Source: Minisyncoccota bacterium (GTDB taxonomy: Bacteria; Patescibacteriota; Minisyncoccia; Phycocordibacterales; UBA5272). From it: a DNA stretch of 64,000 nucleotides. The position numbers and the translations under genes were made by a program. Below the pieces are notes generated by a model. That model searched no databases. It saw only the letters and a list, made by a program, of their open reading frames with translations, and had not been told where the DNA came from. Where the stretch lies: positions 90,980-154,979 of the forward strand of contig JBAZJW010000002.1 of assembly GCA_041651055.1 (NCBI GenBank). Reading direction: 5' to 3'. Positions 19,297 through 29,934 of this stretch are shown one piece after another (position 1 is the stretch's first letter; each line of letters opens with the position of its first letter).

Positions 19297-20214
19297 ATGT
19301 CCCCGCACTGGATCAGCCCCTTCCGCGTAAGAAGAGTAACCAACATACTTAGTTTTGGTGTTCGCCAGAACTATGAATTACTGAACACTGGCGGCGAGGC
19401 GATGTTTCTGTTGAAACGCATGTCTCGCTCCAATGCCACTTTTCAATTAGCAGACAGACGAATAGATACCATCACACAAATAGCTTCCGGAGGGTCATTT
19501 AGTACCGACCCAGAGACTGGTGATTATCGGTGTAAGCTGTGGGGATCACACTCAGATCCAGACACAGCTTATCCAGATCTTGGTACTCTTACATGCACTG
19601 TTCAAGCCAGTGGCGGGGCAGCCGGTGTCTGGGATCCTGCCATAGATAAATATAGCTTCATATTAGGCGCGGAGGAGTATTCACCAGATATTTTTCAAAA
19701 TCAAATCGAGTCTGACGGAACAGAACTAGAAGATGCTGTGTATATTGTGTTTAATACGCCGCCATTTTCTTTGGATGATATAGCTATTTTTAATTATGGT
19801 ACTATCAATCCACAGGTTAAATTTAACAGGATGCAACCCATCATAGATAGTTATTCGGTATTCAAAGATTCACTGTTTTCGTATGAACAGTGGTTGGACC
19901 CAAATTCAAGGATAAGATCTAGAAAGCAACCCAATAGACTGTTGGTGGCGTTTCCTGGTACTTTGATGGATTTCAAGGTAACAGATGGTGGTCTTATTAG
20001 ACAGATGCAAGATACCTATTGGACTGTGCCGCCTCCGTACGGACCAAAAGTTCAAGAACACGACATATTAGTTCGTGAAAGTTCAGGGCAGAGGTTTCAG
20101 ATTATAGATTTAACACCGATTTATGTAGAAGATATATTAGTTTCACAGCACTTTTCGTTGAGTGAGTATGATCCAAAGTCGTCAGTGTATGATATAGAAG
20201 TGCAAACGGTGTGA
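19297..20214 (+). CDS. hypothetical virion/tail-associated protein
   Basis: Position upstream of tail genes. Confidence 0.3.
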   Translation: MSPHWISPFRVRRVTNILSFGVRQNYELLNTGGEAMFLLKRMSRSNATFQLADRRIDTITQIASGGSFSTDPETGDYRCKLWGSHSDPDTAYPDLGTLTCTVQASGGAAGVWDPAIDKYSFILGAEEYSPDIFQNQIESDGTELEDAVYIVFNTPPFSLDDIAIFNYGTINPQVKFNRMQPIIDSYSVFKDSLFSYEQWLDPNSRIRSRKQPNRLLVAFPGTLMDFKVTDGGLIRQMQDTYWTVPPPYGPKVQEHDILVRESSGQRFQIIDLTPIYVEDILVSQHFSLSEYDPKSSVYDIEVQTV

Positions 20215-20215
20215 C

Positions 20216-20824
20216 ATGGCTTTAACTATGGTGTACAGAGGTATTGAGTTTATACGAGAATACGTAGCGTTATATTTGAAAGCAGCATTTATGGCAAATA
20301 CTAAAGGTGCTGTAATATTTACAGACGGAACCAACAAAATTACTTTCAGTAGAGAACCGCACGTGTCAGTTGCACAGGAGTGGGTTGAACGAGAAATACC
20401 ATCAGTGTTGATTGGTAGTCCCAGCGGTGAATTCGGACTTAGAACTTTTGCCAATGATTTACTCAGGAATGATGACAACACAGAAGGAACGGGAAGTGCG
20501 TATAAATATACAGGTGGTGATATAGAGCTTACCCATGAAATAGTGATACGCTCCAAAACCGCCGCAGAACGTGATAGACTGGTTGATACTGTTTGTTTGT
20601 TGTTGTCACACCCAGATGCACGTGCATTTTTTGGAAAACAGAACATAGCGGTACCTAAACCTCCTTCAATAGGTGGTTATAGGGAGATAAATGAACCAAC
20701 CATAGATTATCCTATATATGAAGGTACTCTATCTTTTTATACGTGCGGATATTGGCAAGACAAAGAAGAGTTGGGTGAGAAACTGTTGGATATCATAGTC
20801 GAAGTAATAACATATATGGAATGA
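20216..20824 (+). CDS. hypothetical virion/tail-associated protein
   Basis: Position upstream of tail genes. Confidence 0.3.
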   Translation: MALTMVYRGIEFIREYVALYLKAAFMANTKGAVIFTDGTNKITFSREPHVSVAQEWVEREIPSVLIGSPSGEFGLRTFANDLLRNDDNTEGTGSAYKYTGGDIELTHEIVIRSKTAAERDRLVDTVCLLLSHPDARAFFGKQNIAVPKPPSIGGYREINEPTIDYPIYEGTLSFYTCGYWQDKEELGEKLLDIIVEVITYME

Positions 20825-20898
20825 TGACTACGCCCATTAATAAAAAGAAGTTCTTTTGTGTGACAATGTAAACACGTAGTTTCTGAGGAGAGCAAACC

Positions 20899-22263
20899 AT
20901 GGCAGAACGAGTACCGGGCGTTATAACAACGATCACTGATGATACTGGTCGGATAGTGCCCCCCACCTTTAGACGGTACGTTACAATCATCGGTGTTGGA
21001 GATGCTTACAAGCTTATTCAGAACCGCAGAATGGTACGTGGTGCAGGCACCAACGACGCAATTCCTACCGTTACTCAAGTAAACACAATTGTGTCTGTTG
21101 GTGATTTACCAGGCATTTCAAAATATATTGATGGTGCCGACTATCAATTGTCTGGTGATGAAGTAGAATGGTTGGCTGGCGGTGATGAACCGGGTGCTGG
21201 TGATGCGTATTACCTAACTTTTACAGAGACTCGTCCGGCAAGCGCGTATCAGCCCATTCTATATTTCAATGACAACCTTGCAATTGCCAATCACGGCAAC
21301 GTACTTATGACTACTGGTCAAATCAATGATGTTACTAAAGGCGTGCAATTGGCTTTGGAAAACGGCGGTAAAGGTGTAATAGCTTTACAATTAGACTTGA
21401 GAGCTGCAGTCAATCCAAATGCACCAACCGGGCAGGAGCTGGAAAACGCTTTCTTGGCCTGTATTGACAAGCTAGAGCGCATTACTGATGCCAAGCTGTT
21501 AATGGTGGGCATGTCAAGCGGTGTTATGCAAACCGTGACTGCCGCCAATATCCTGTACAGTCATGCCATACTGGCTTCACAGCCAGAGCGCAAGCAATGG
21601 CGCACGGTGATGATGGCCATGCCTGCTGGTACTAGTTATTTGGAATTTGTGGCTGCACAAGCAGCGTATGCTAATTCACGGATGGTTGTTCCGGCCATAC
21701 CTACGAATCTGTCTATGCCGGGTTTGCTTGGTACCTATGATTCTCGGTATTACTGTGCTGCGCTCGCAGGAAAGCTGCTGTCAGGTGGTGTAGGCGACAC
21801 ATATTACGATGAAATAATCTCTGGTATCACCTTTGGTGACTCTTACAACTACACGCCAGACGAATTAGAGTACTTGGTGCAACACAGTGTGTCCCCAGCC
21901 AAGTCCTTGTCTGGTGTGGTCAGAAACGTGGCCGCATTCACTACTGATGGAACCAGTGCACTTACTGAGGATTTGGGCGTACAAGATATCAAGGACTACA
22001 CTGCGTATGCTTGGAACAAGAAGTTGTGGGAAGTATTTCGCAACAAGCGGTCTGCAATTGGTTTAGCTGGTGAGATAAAGTCTGCTTCTGAGAACTTCTT
22101 AGATACTTTTATTGATAAAGGTACCATAGCTAACCACAGAAATGTGGCTGCATACCAAGATATAACTGAACCGAGGAAGTATCGGGTTACTGGACAGATC
22201 TTGCCGGTGTTTGGTGTTGGGTGGATGGACGTTGACTTCGTGTTCTTTATGTCATTTGTATGA
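20899..22263 (+). CDS. putative tail sheath protein
   Basis: 454-aa protein immediately upstream of a ~150-aa tube-like gene, chaperone and tape measure gene (myovirus gene order). Confidence 0.4.
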   Translation: MAERVPGVITTITDDTGRIVPPTFRRYVTIIGVGDAYKLIQNRRMVRGAGTNDAIPTVTQVNTIVSVGDLPGISKYIDGADYQLSGDEVEWLAGGDEPGAGDAYYLTFTETRPASAYQPILYFNDNLAIANHGNVLMTTGQINDVTKGVQLALENGGKGVIALQLDLRAAVNPNAPTGQELENAFLACIDKLERITDAKLLMVGMSSGVMQTVTAANILYSHAILASQPERKQWRTVMMAMPAGTSYLEFVAAQAAYANSRMVVPAIPTNLSMPGLLGTYDSRYYCAALAGKLLSGGVGDTYYDEIISGITFGDSYNYTPDELEYLVQHSVSPAKSLSGVVRNVAAFTTDGTSALTEDLGVQDIKDYTAYAWNKKLWEVFRNKRSAIGLAGEIKSASENFLDTFIDKGTIANHRNVAAYQDITEPRKYRVTGQILPVFGVGWMDVDFVFFMSFV

Positions 22264-22281
22264 TAAACAAGGCGGTGATAC

Positions 22282-22746
22282 ATGGGATACCCACAAGTCA
22301 GTGTACCTGAAACCTCGAAAGTAGTTTCGTATGCTTACAGCATTACTGTGAATGGTGCTGCAATCGGCTCGTTTGAAAACTTTTCTTCACGTTCACAGCG
22401 TGTGGTCGAACGTGTACGCGAAATTTTATTTTCTCGTGGACCGGAAACAGTAGAGTTGCTGTGGGGCGGCACCGACACTAGCATCGACCTGCGATACGTG
22501 GAGATGTACGAAAAGTCGTGTTTTGAGGCCATTGGTTACCCAGTGTATGCTCTTGAGGACATGAATTTCCCAGTTACTATTATTGAAGTGATGAAGCTGC
22601 CAGACTCTATTGGTGGCATTCGTCAGATTGAATACATTGATGCTGTGTGTGAATCCTGGGGCAAGGAGCTTGAGGCTGGTGCGCCTAAAGTGGTTTCATC
22701 TATGACTTTCCAAATCAGGAAGGTGAAGGGTACCAGGCTCAGTTGA
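22282..22746 (+). CDS. putative tail tube protein
   Basis: 154 aa; position between sheath-like gene and chaperone. Confidence 0.45.
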   Translation: MGYPQVSVPETSKVVSYAYSITVNGAAIGSFENFSSRSQRVVERVREILFSRGPETVELLWGGTDTSIDLRYVEMYEKSCFEAIGYPVYALEDMNFPVTIIEVMKLPDSIGGIRQIEYIDAVCESWGKELEAGAPKVVSSMTFQIRKVKGTRLS

Positions 22747-22786
22747 TGCAATGTTTTCTTAGTACACGAAACGAACAGAGGATGAC

Positions 22787-23326
22787 ATGACCACTGAACC
22801 TTCCAAGTCTGACATCAGCACACCTAAAAGCAAAGACGCAGAATTTTTTAGAAACAAAAGCTTGGCTGCTATAGAAGATCTGTTCCGTGTGGGGTATACT
22901 GAATCGGGTGATATAGTTGTATTTAGAGATGAGTCAAAAGAGATAGAAATTACAGCCAGATTTAGGACATTGACCCCTACCGAGATCAGAGACGTAGAGG
23001 AAATAGTTAGTAAGTATGAATCTGCTGGTGCCAAAGGTGTTATGCAAGGTGTAGAAACACTGGCTCGTGCTATAATACACATCAACGGCAGACCACTTAT
23101 ATTACCGACCAACGAAGTTGAGGAGTTGAAAAAGCAAATAGGTAGAGAGCCTGACAGACTAGATCAGGCTCGGGAAATACTCCACAACAAAGTGCGAAGC
23201 TGGTATGTACTTGATGCGATGTTTGACGCGTACCAAGAGTTTACTGCTGAGCTGGACGGGTATTTTGAAGGTCTAAAAAAAAAGTTGAAGAGTCAACAGC
23301 CTTCCAGCTCGACTGGTCAATCATAA
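22787..23326 (+). CDS. tail assembly chaperone (G-like, short form)
   Basis: Position between tube and tape measure genes; contains the A_AAA_AAG slippery site near its 3' end. Confidence 0.6.
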   Translation: MTTEPSKSDISTPKSKDAEFFRNKSLAAIEDLFRVGYTESGDIVVFRDESKEIEITARFRTLTPTEIRDVEEIVSKYESAGAKGVMQGVETLARAIIHINGRPLILPTNEVEELKKQIGREPDRLDQAREILHNKVRSWYVLDAMFDAYQEFTAELDGYFEGLKKKLKSQQPSSSTGQS

Positions 23327-23832
23327 GGTACTTCAAAGTACTGCCTACAGATCCAAACTTTCAAAATCTAAGCCCACTTCAAAAAATAATACTGTCTACA
23401 TTCATACAACGTCAAGAGGGGTATGAATATGACTTACAAAAGGCCATGCTAAACCAGTTAAAGATGTACATACGTCCAGAAATGTACGTTGAAGAGTTTG
23501 GCTTGGGGGATGACAAGACAGGTAGAACCAATTCGGAGTTTGAACAGCACTCCCAAACGGCCAGGATGACTGGGAAGCCCTTACTATCCAAGGAGATGAA
23601 AGAGGCCGTCCGGAGGGCCTGGGAAGGCCGGGAAAGGGTAAGAGGAAAGTCGTGCCTGTTCCCCGACCTGCAACAGCCAAAACAACGCCCCGAAGCGCCA
23701 CTGCCTGTTGGCGCGGTGCGTCAAATAGTGCTCGATCCGGATGGTAATGTAATACATGAAACGGTGGTTACACCGGATGCCCCTGCATCCGATAAAATAA
23801 AATCTGATGAAGAAGACACTCCACTAGGATAA
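22787..23832 (+). CDS. tail assembly chaperone -1 frameshift fusion (GT-like long form)
   Basis: -1 frame is open from 23276 through 23832; a slip at A_AAA_AAG (23278-23284, within a 9-A run 23275-23283) joins ...GLKK to KVEESTAFQLDW... Confidence 0.55.
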
Positions 23833-23839
23833 GTACTAT

Positions 23840-26062
23840 ATGGCTGGCGACGTATTTACCGTAGACACAAAAGCCTTTGCGCAGGCTAATGAATCCCTGA
23901 AATCTATGCAGGGTAGTACCGAGAAGGTACGCAAAGGTATGGGTGATGTAGTAAGTGCTCTGCAGCTACTTTCTAAGACACAACAAGAAATAAGCAAGTC
24001 AGCCATAGTAGACCCCAACGCAAGTAAGGTGGTGGCAGATTTACGCAAGCAGCTTGAAGCTGTGGGGGTACAGGCCAGAACTATAGCAATAGCATCTAAC
24101 AAAGAAGTAATCAATTACCGGCAGTTGGGCATAATGGACAAGCTTAGGGTCATGATGCTGTCTGCGCAGTCTGACAAAAAGAAGCGGATGGTAATGTATG
24201 GCGGCCAGATGATAGAACTGGCTGCTAAAGAAAATTCATTATTAAAAGCGTCTGCTAGTTTGTGGAATAAGAGCAAGCAAAGCATAACTGGTGCTGTTCG
24301 TGGTGTTACAAGTTATGCCACGTCTATGACAGGAGTAACGCTTTCTCTTACTGGTATAATAGCACTTTTGTTGGATATATACAACAAGAGTAACCGTATT
24401 GGTGCTATGAGCAGACAAATTACAGCGCAGTGGGGCTCTACCAACACAGGCATGAAAACAGCCTCGCGTGCTATGGCAGACCTTAGAAGCAGTTTCTACA
24501 TGACTGTTGATGCTGCAGGTAATATAGCTACATCCATAGCCAGGTCCGGTTTTGAAGAGAAAAACCTGGCCACTATAGCTAAAGACGCTGCTGCCATAGA
24601 ACTGCAACATGGCATAGCTGTACAGGATCATGCACAGCAGGTTAAAAACTTGGCCACCAGTTATGGCATGACTGCCGATTCTTCCTCCATGCTGCTGCAC
24701 TTTGTGCGCGAAACCAGCAAAACGGTGCCTTACCTCAGCATGCAGGAAGTAAGTCAAGACATGGCTGAGTTGATACACTCTACTCGCGCATTCAACAGTG
24801 ACCTGCTCGGCACCATTTCTATGTACAATACTTTAGCAAGACAGGACATAGCCGAGAAACTTGGATTAGGGAAGATGCCTATTGACATGCGCCGCGACAT
24901 GATAAAAACTGCCGCCGCATTTTCCCAGAACTTGAATAAGGGGTTGCAGGCAACACTTGGTGAAGGAAGGACAGCGGCAGAACGTATACTGAGTTTCCGC
25001 AAGATGGAAACGCCTGAGCAATTCTCAAAGATGGCTGGGTTTATTACTAAGAGTACTGCTGGATTTAAAGGTGCCGAAAAAGAACTTGCTACTATGCAAT
25101 TGCTGGAGGAGTTTGGGTTCAACCAGGATGAAATGAACGCTACTTTAGCAGAAGCTTTTGCTGGTGGTGGGTTTGAGCCAGAAAATTTGCAGGCAGTGAT
25201 GGATGAAATAGCTGCCTCACGCAAGGTAGCTGAAGACGCTCAAAAGAACGAAAAAACTGCTCGTGCTAAATTGTACAAGGATGCCGGTCGCATAGCATAT
25301 GGTTTGGAAAGTCTTGAAGATAAACTGAAGAGAGCCATCGAAAATTCGATGTTGGGTGCTGCTGGATGGAAAGACATACAAGCAAACTTGGAAAAGATAG
25401 CTTCGTGGGCTCTTGAGAACATACCGAAGTTGTTTAGAGATGCTGTAGACTTGCTGTCAAACATACTTGATGTGTTGGATTTTGATAAGCACGACAAGAA
25501 CATCGCAGAAGGAAAAAAGACTATCGCAGGAACGATGGTATCTGAAGGTTTTGGTGCAACAGCAAAACAAGCACTTGGGCAATTCAAGCGCATTGAAACT
25601 CAATTGGTTGGTATTGGTCCAAAAGGCCCTGTAGCCATGACAAATTTGCAATCATTGATACAGGACATTAGACTTGATCCTAAGTCTGTAGAAGATATGG
25701 CTAATTCTTTGAAAGATGTGATTCCAGAAATTGCCAGGATGCGTATTGGTGAAAAACGCGGACTTATTACAAATGTGGCCCTTTCACAGCTTGCTACCAC
25801 TGGAGTTGGAAGCCACGCACAAGAACTTGGCGTACCACAAGCAAGTGAATTGGAGACGTTTGTAATAGCTTTGGCCAGGGGTGAAATGGCCACTGCCAAC
25901 AAGATTCTGCGAGCGCAGCTCAGAGAAAAAGCAAACATCAGAGAACAAGTTACACAATTGCGCAGTGCTTATGCTAAACATCAAAGTGGTATGAACTTCT
26001 GGACAACCAGTCCAACAGAAGCCGCTGAGTTAGCGGTGGCTGAATTTAAAGGTAAAATGTAA
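23840..26062 (+). CDS. tape measure protein
   Basis: 740-aa Ala/Gln-rich, largely helical protein immediately after the chaperone pair. Confidence 0.55.
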   Translation: MAGDVFTVDTKAFAQANESLKSMQGSTEKVRKGMGDVVSALQLLSKTQQEISKSAIVDPNASKVVADLRKQLEAVGVQARTIAIASNKEVINYRQLGIMDKLRVMMLSAQSDKKKRMVMYGGQMIELAAKENSLLKASASLWNKSKQSITGAVRGVTSYATSMTGVTLSLTGIIALLLDIYNKSNRIGAMSRQITAQWGSTNTGMKTASRAMADLRSSFYMTVDAAGNIATSIARSGFEEKNLATIAKDAAAIELQHGIAVQDHAQQVKNLATSYGMTADSSSMLLHFVRETSKTVPYLSMQEVSQDMAELIHSTRAFNSDLLGTISMYNTLARQDIAEKLGLGKMPIDMRRDMIKTAAAFSQNLNKGLQATLGEGRTAAERILSFRKMETPEQFSKMAGFITKSTAGFKGAEKELATMQLLEEFGFNQDEMNATLAEAFAGGGFEPENLQAVMDEIAASRKVAEDAQKNEKTARAKLYKDAGRIAYGLESLEDKLKRAIENSMLGAAGWKDIQANLEKIASWALENIPKLFRDAVDLLSNILDVLDFDKHDKNIAEGKKTIAGTMVSEGFGATAKQALGQFKRIETQLVGIGPKGPVAMTNLQSLIQDIRLDPKSVEDMANSLKDVIPEIARMRIGEKRGLITNVALSQLATTGVGSHAQELGVPQASELETFVIALARGEMATANKILRAQLREKANIREQVTQLRSAYAKHQSGMNFWTTSPTEAAELAVAEFKGKM

Positions 26063-26064
26063 AT

Positions 26065-26775
26065 ATGGCTATAATAGATTCATTGGCTGATTTTGCTCCG
26101 TCCGTAAACCAGGAGCGCCTTACTTTTAGGCGTTTTGATGGGTTGGAACTGGCCAAAGCTGCAGAAAAAGGTACAGTCATCAGTCCTAAGTATGTCACTA
26201 CAGTAACCTTATTAATAAACCCTACTGAGTTGTCCTGGAGTAGCACAAAGCTCACCAACAAAGTGCCCTCAAACTCTCCTGGCAGATTTATTGTGTTTAA
26301 TTGGGGGAACGATTTAGATATGTTAAACATATCTGGTACCACAGGTAACATGGATCCTGCCACTTCCGTTGCTAATACCCCTGATCAATTGGCCAGTTTC
26401 GTGAATGGTCTGTCGGGTCAAGTTGTTGAAGGATTTCATTCACCAGAAGTGCATAAAGCAGAAGTACTAACGCTCAAAACATTAATAAAATCTTTTAACT
26501 ATTTTCAGTTACTAGATATGTCCCCGAAGTATAGGACCTTTAAGAAGTTGCAAGAAATGTACAAAATATCTGATCCAGATTCAGATGTGGTTACGTTAGA
26601 GATGTGTGAACAAATTTATCGCGGGTACTTTTCAGAATTCCGTTTTCAAGTACAAGAGCGCATGCCTTGGGTGTGGACTTACAACATGAGCTTTATCATA
26701 TTACAGGACTTGGCTTTGTTCGATCCTAAACAGGATGGAACCTTTCCAACAGGTGCTGATATTCGTACTAAGTGA
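26065..26775 (+). CDS. hypothetical tail/baseplate protein
   Basis: Position after tape measure protein. Confidence 0.3.
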   Translation: MAIIDSLADFAPSVNQERLTFRRFDGLELAKAAEKGTVISPKYVTTVTLLINPTELSWSSTKLTNKVPSNSPGRFIVFNWGNDLDMLNISGTTGNMDPATSVANTPDQLASFVNGLSGQVVEGFHSPEVHKAEVLTLKTLIKSFNYFQLLDMSPKYRTFKKLQEMYKISDPDSDVVTLEMCEQIYRGYFSEFRFQVQERMPWVWTYNMSFIILQDLALFDPKQDGTFPTGADIRTK

Positions 26776-26787
26776 GCAAATCACAGA

Positions 26788-28872
26788 ATGTCTAATGCTC
26801 AAGCACTCTCAGGTCTTATCCTGCAGGCACTGTATTCAGGGAAACTGAAACACGGCTTTGGTGACTCTGAAGATAGAAGGATAGTTAATCATCCTAGAGT
26901 AATATACGGTCTGTCATCATCGGATCCTGAAATACCATATGTTATACCCAACGAAGCGTTTACACCTCGATTTTGTGTGTCGTTCGATTTTACCCACACG
27001 TTTACCACTGCTGGCATAGGATTTAAAAGGCCGGTTTCTGAAGATACGTTGTATCGGGTTGGTTCTGATCTGTCTCGGTTTTTTAGATACTATTTTGAGT
27101 ATGTATTGTCATACGGAAAATCAAACAAAAAATCGGCAGAAAGTAGATTGGTAGACTGGAGCATAGGTGTTTATGAAGATGATTTAAATTTGTTTGTTAA
27201 CTGGATGATTAATTTATTTATATCTAGTGTAACCACAAACTCCGCCATTCATCAAATTGGTAGTGCTGTTATTGAAATAAATGACAACAACACGTATAAA
27301 TACAATAACAGGAACAGGCTGTTTTATGACACATCATTTAGTATACTGAGCCAATTGTTTGTCCCAATGGTGCCAGTAATGATTTGGGCCAAGGGCAGAC
27401 TGTACCCCAATTACTGGTTCCCCATTTTCGATGGGTTTATCACTGCTCCCAACATAGCTACGCGTGGCGGCTTTCAATCCATTACACTGAACTGCAAAGA
27501 TTCTCTTGAAATCGCCAGGATTAGCACTGAGATGGTAAATCCATCCATTTTGCAAATAGAAGAAGTAAAAACACAACAAAGCATAAACATTTTCAACATG
27601 CCATTCTATGGGTTAGATCATTTTGACATTTTTCTGACCATGTTTCATGGCGGGAAGCTGGTATATCACGCTGAAAAAAACAGGCTGGTGCCGTCAGACC
27701 CGGAATTTCACAATACTAGTGCTACCAACTTTTCTGCTCTTTTAGGCTTCAACCGCATAGACGATTATCAATCACGCCTAAAGCCACATGAGATAGCACA
27801 GACAAAGTATGCTATTCACAGAGATGATTTTAGCCTGAAAAAGGCCATAAAGCAAACTTCGTACACAGAAAGAAAACGCAACACCGTTATGTGGGGCAAC
27901 AAAATTACTCCATACCGCATTTTGAATTATGCGGCCCCTAAGGTATATGAGGCCGAATTTTCTTCAAGACTTGAGGTTATGCAAAACGTAGCACAGATGA
28001 CCTATTATGATTTGTACGTGAATGGGTACGGCGATGTGTGTTACCACCCCATGAGACTGTCCAATGAATTCCTGAGGAACGAGGCCATTTACAAGTCCGG
28101 TGATCAAAACGCCGAAGAGTTCAAACAAGCATTTCCAGGTGTAAATATAATTGGACCACACGAGTGTACGTCTACTAACGAGCTGCTGAATATCGACGAG
28201 CTGACTACATTCTTGCGGCTTACCGGCAAACATCCATTCTTTTCTAGTGAAGTAGCTGAGACGCTGTTACTGACAGGATCTGCTGTAGATGAGAATCTGT
28301 GGAACCGGTTTGGGTACAGAAGAAAATCTCTTACTAACCCATTGTTTAACATAAACGTCGAACTATTCACAAAGAACGGTAAAAAAGTTCGTTTTATGGA
28401 CATGGCTGCTCGTATTTTAATGAGCTTCATGAATGCAGAACTTCATACCCTATCATATAGTATGATTTTTAGACCTGAAATGCGGTTGGCATTTCCAGTA
28501 TTGAACCCCTACACTTCAGATGTATTTTACTGTCAATCGCTGTCACACAACATTACTGTAAACGGTGAAGCTACCACCACAATCAACGGTGGGTATGCAC
28601 GCAAAGAGCGTGAAAGTCCATCAGACTTATTTAGCTTCCTGGTGATGTCGCAGAGACTGTTTGACTTGAACGGGAAACTTCCTGTACCACCAGCCTCATT
28701 CAACGCAGAAAGTGTAAAAGAGTATTATGAATCAAACTTTGGAATTAGCAGCATGCAATTTATTAGTTGGCTAGATGAAATGGTGAATCAACAGGAGAAG
28801 TTTGAAGAATATGAAAGACAAAAATCGCGAGAAAGGTCGGTTGATGTGAACGCACAAGAGGTGATAGCATAA
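26788..28872 (+). CDS. large baseplate/hub-like structural protein
   Basis: 694 aa between tape measure gene and spike gene. Confidence 0.3.
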   Translation: MSNAQALSGLILQALYSGKLKHGFGDSEDRRIVNHPRVIYGLSSSDPEIPYVIPNEAFTPRFCVSFDFTHTFTTAGIGFKRPVSEDTLYRVGSDLSRFFRYYFEYVLSYGKSNKKSAESRLVDWSIGVYEDDLNLFVNWMINLFISSVTTNSAIHQIGSAVIEINDNNTYKYNNRNRLFYDTSFSILSQLFVPMVPVMIWAKGRLYPNYWFPIFDGFITAPNIATRGGFQSITLNCKDSLEIARISTEMVNPSILQIEEVKTQQSINIFNMPFYGLDHFDIFLTMFHGGKLVYHAEKNRLVPSDPEFHNTSATNFSALLGFNRIDDYQSRLKPHEIAQTKYAIHRDDFSLKKAIKQTSYTERKRNTVMWGNKITPYRILNYAAPKVYEAEFSSRLEVMQNVAQMTYYDLYVNGYGDVCYHPMRLSNEFLRNEAIYKSGDQNAEEFKQAFPGVNIIGPHECTSTNELLNIDELTTFLRLTGKHPFFSSEVAETLLLTGSAVDENLWNRFGYRRKSLTNPLFNINVELFTKNGKKVRFMDMAARILMSFMNAELHTLSYSMIFRPEMRLAFPVLNPYTSDVFYCQSLSHNITVNGEATTTINGGYARKERESPSDLFSFLVMSQRLFDLNGKLPVPPASFNAESVKEYYESNFGISSMQFISWLDEMVNQQEKFEEYERQKSRERSVDVNAQEVIA

Positions 28873-29934
28873 ATGGCAATGTCTACGCAGAGGATTGTGT
28901 GTCCCGCAATAGTACTGGCGGTTCACCCAGAAGATAGACTTGTGGACGTGAAGTGGGCAGATGCCGAAGGTGGCAGAAAAGGCGTAGTGATGATTAATGA
29001 CATGGGGTCTTACTCCATGCCAAACATAGGAGACTCTGTTCTGGTGCTTGGTACTGGTGTAGATTATTTTTGTGTAGGTAAAATAGAATACGGATACAAA
29101 GCCAAACTTAACGGAAAGCAGCGCGTGCAGGGATCTAGCACGCCTCTGAAGTATAAAAATGTTGGTCCGGGAGAAATCATAATCAACCACATACGCAAAC
29201 TGTCATGGCTAAAACTTGCTAATAGCGGCGACTTTTCGCTAATGAATGGATTCATTGAAGGATTTAAATATCTAAGAAGCATAAGAACAGCCCGCGTATT
29301 GGGTCGTACCATAGAACTAGTAGCTAATGGTGTTAAGATTGGGGCAGGTACGGTTATTAGAAATATACCAGGAAAAGGCGAACAGCCGATTACCGGGGAG
29401 TCTGGCGGAAAAGCTCTAGAATACTACATACAGATAGCATATAACAGCATACAGTCAGTGCGTTTTCATTTGGGTGAGATTCGTGATATGACTTTGGGGG
29501 TAGTGCCGGAAGTAAGTTCACTTGGTGGTAGAGTAAAAGCACTATTGGAGGTTACACAGGCCGCAGTAAGAATGGGATTCTTGGTTATTGATGAAGCTGG
29601 TAATGTCGAGCTGACATCAAAAGTGGCTACGACTGTGGTAGGTGGGACAGAGGTAAAACTTGGTGGTGTGGCTGCACAGGAGCCAGTAATAAAAGGACAG
29701 TCTTATTCTACTGCGGAAATAAATTTTTTGTCGAAGATGACTTCGTTTGTAACTGCGCTGCAGGCTTACATAACTGCTTGTTCTACAGAAAAGACAACGG
29801 CCCCCACACTGTTAACTGAAACTGCTGCTAGTGCCGTTGCGTTTATGCCACTTATAGCTGAATTTCTGTCTGCTATTTCAGAATTCAACGGAAAGATAAC
29901 ACCGGCACTGTCTGCTGTAGTAAAAACTACTTGA
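28873..29934 (+). CDS. baseplate central spike, gpV/VgrG-like
   Basis: AIVLAVHPEDRLVDVKWADAEGG...VMINDMGSYSMPNIGDSVLVLGTGVDYFCVGKI resembles the P2 gpV OB-fold N-terminus. Confidence 0.5.
   Translation: MAMSTQRIVCPAIVLAVHPEDRLVDVKWADAEGGRKGVVMINDMGSYSMPNIGDSVLVLGTGVDYFCVGKIEYGYKAKLNGKQRVQGSSTPLKYKNVGPGEIIINHIRKLSWLKLANSGDFSLMNGFIEGFKYLRSIRTARVLGRTIELVANGVKIGAGTVIRNIPGKGEQPITGESGGKALEYYIQIAYNSIQSVRFHLGEIRDMTLGVVPEVSSLGGRVKALLEVTQAAVRMGFLVIDEAGNVELTSKVATTVVGGTEVKLGGVAAQEPVIKGQSYSTAEINFLSKMTSFVTALQAYITACSTEKTTAPTLLTETAASAVAFMPLIAEFLSAISEFNGKITPALSAVVKTT

Noticed and set aside
24242-25938. Minus-strand ORFs inside the tape measure gene
   Set aside because: Shadow ORFs in a GC-skewed, Ala-rich coding region; no RBS and they overlap a well-supported plus-strand gene.
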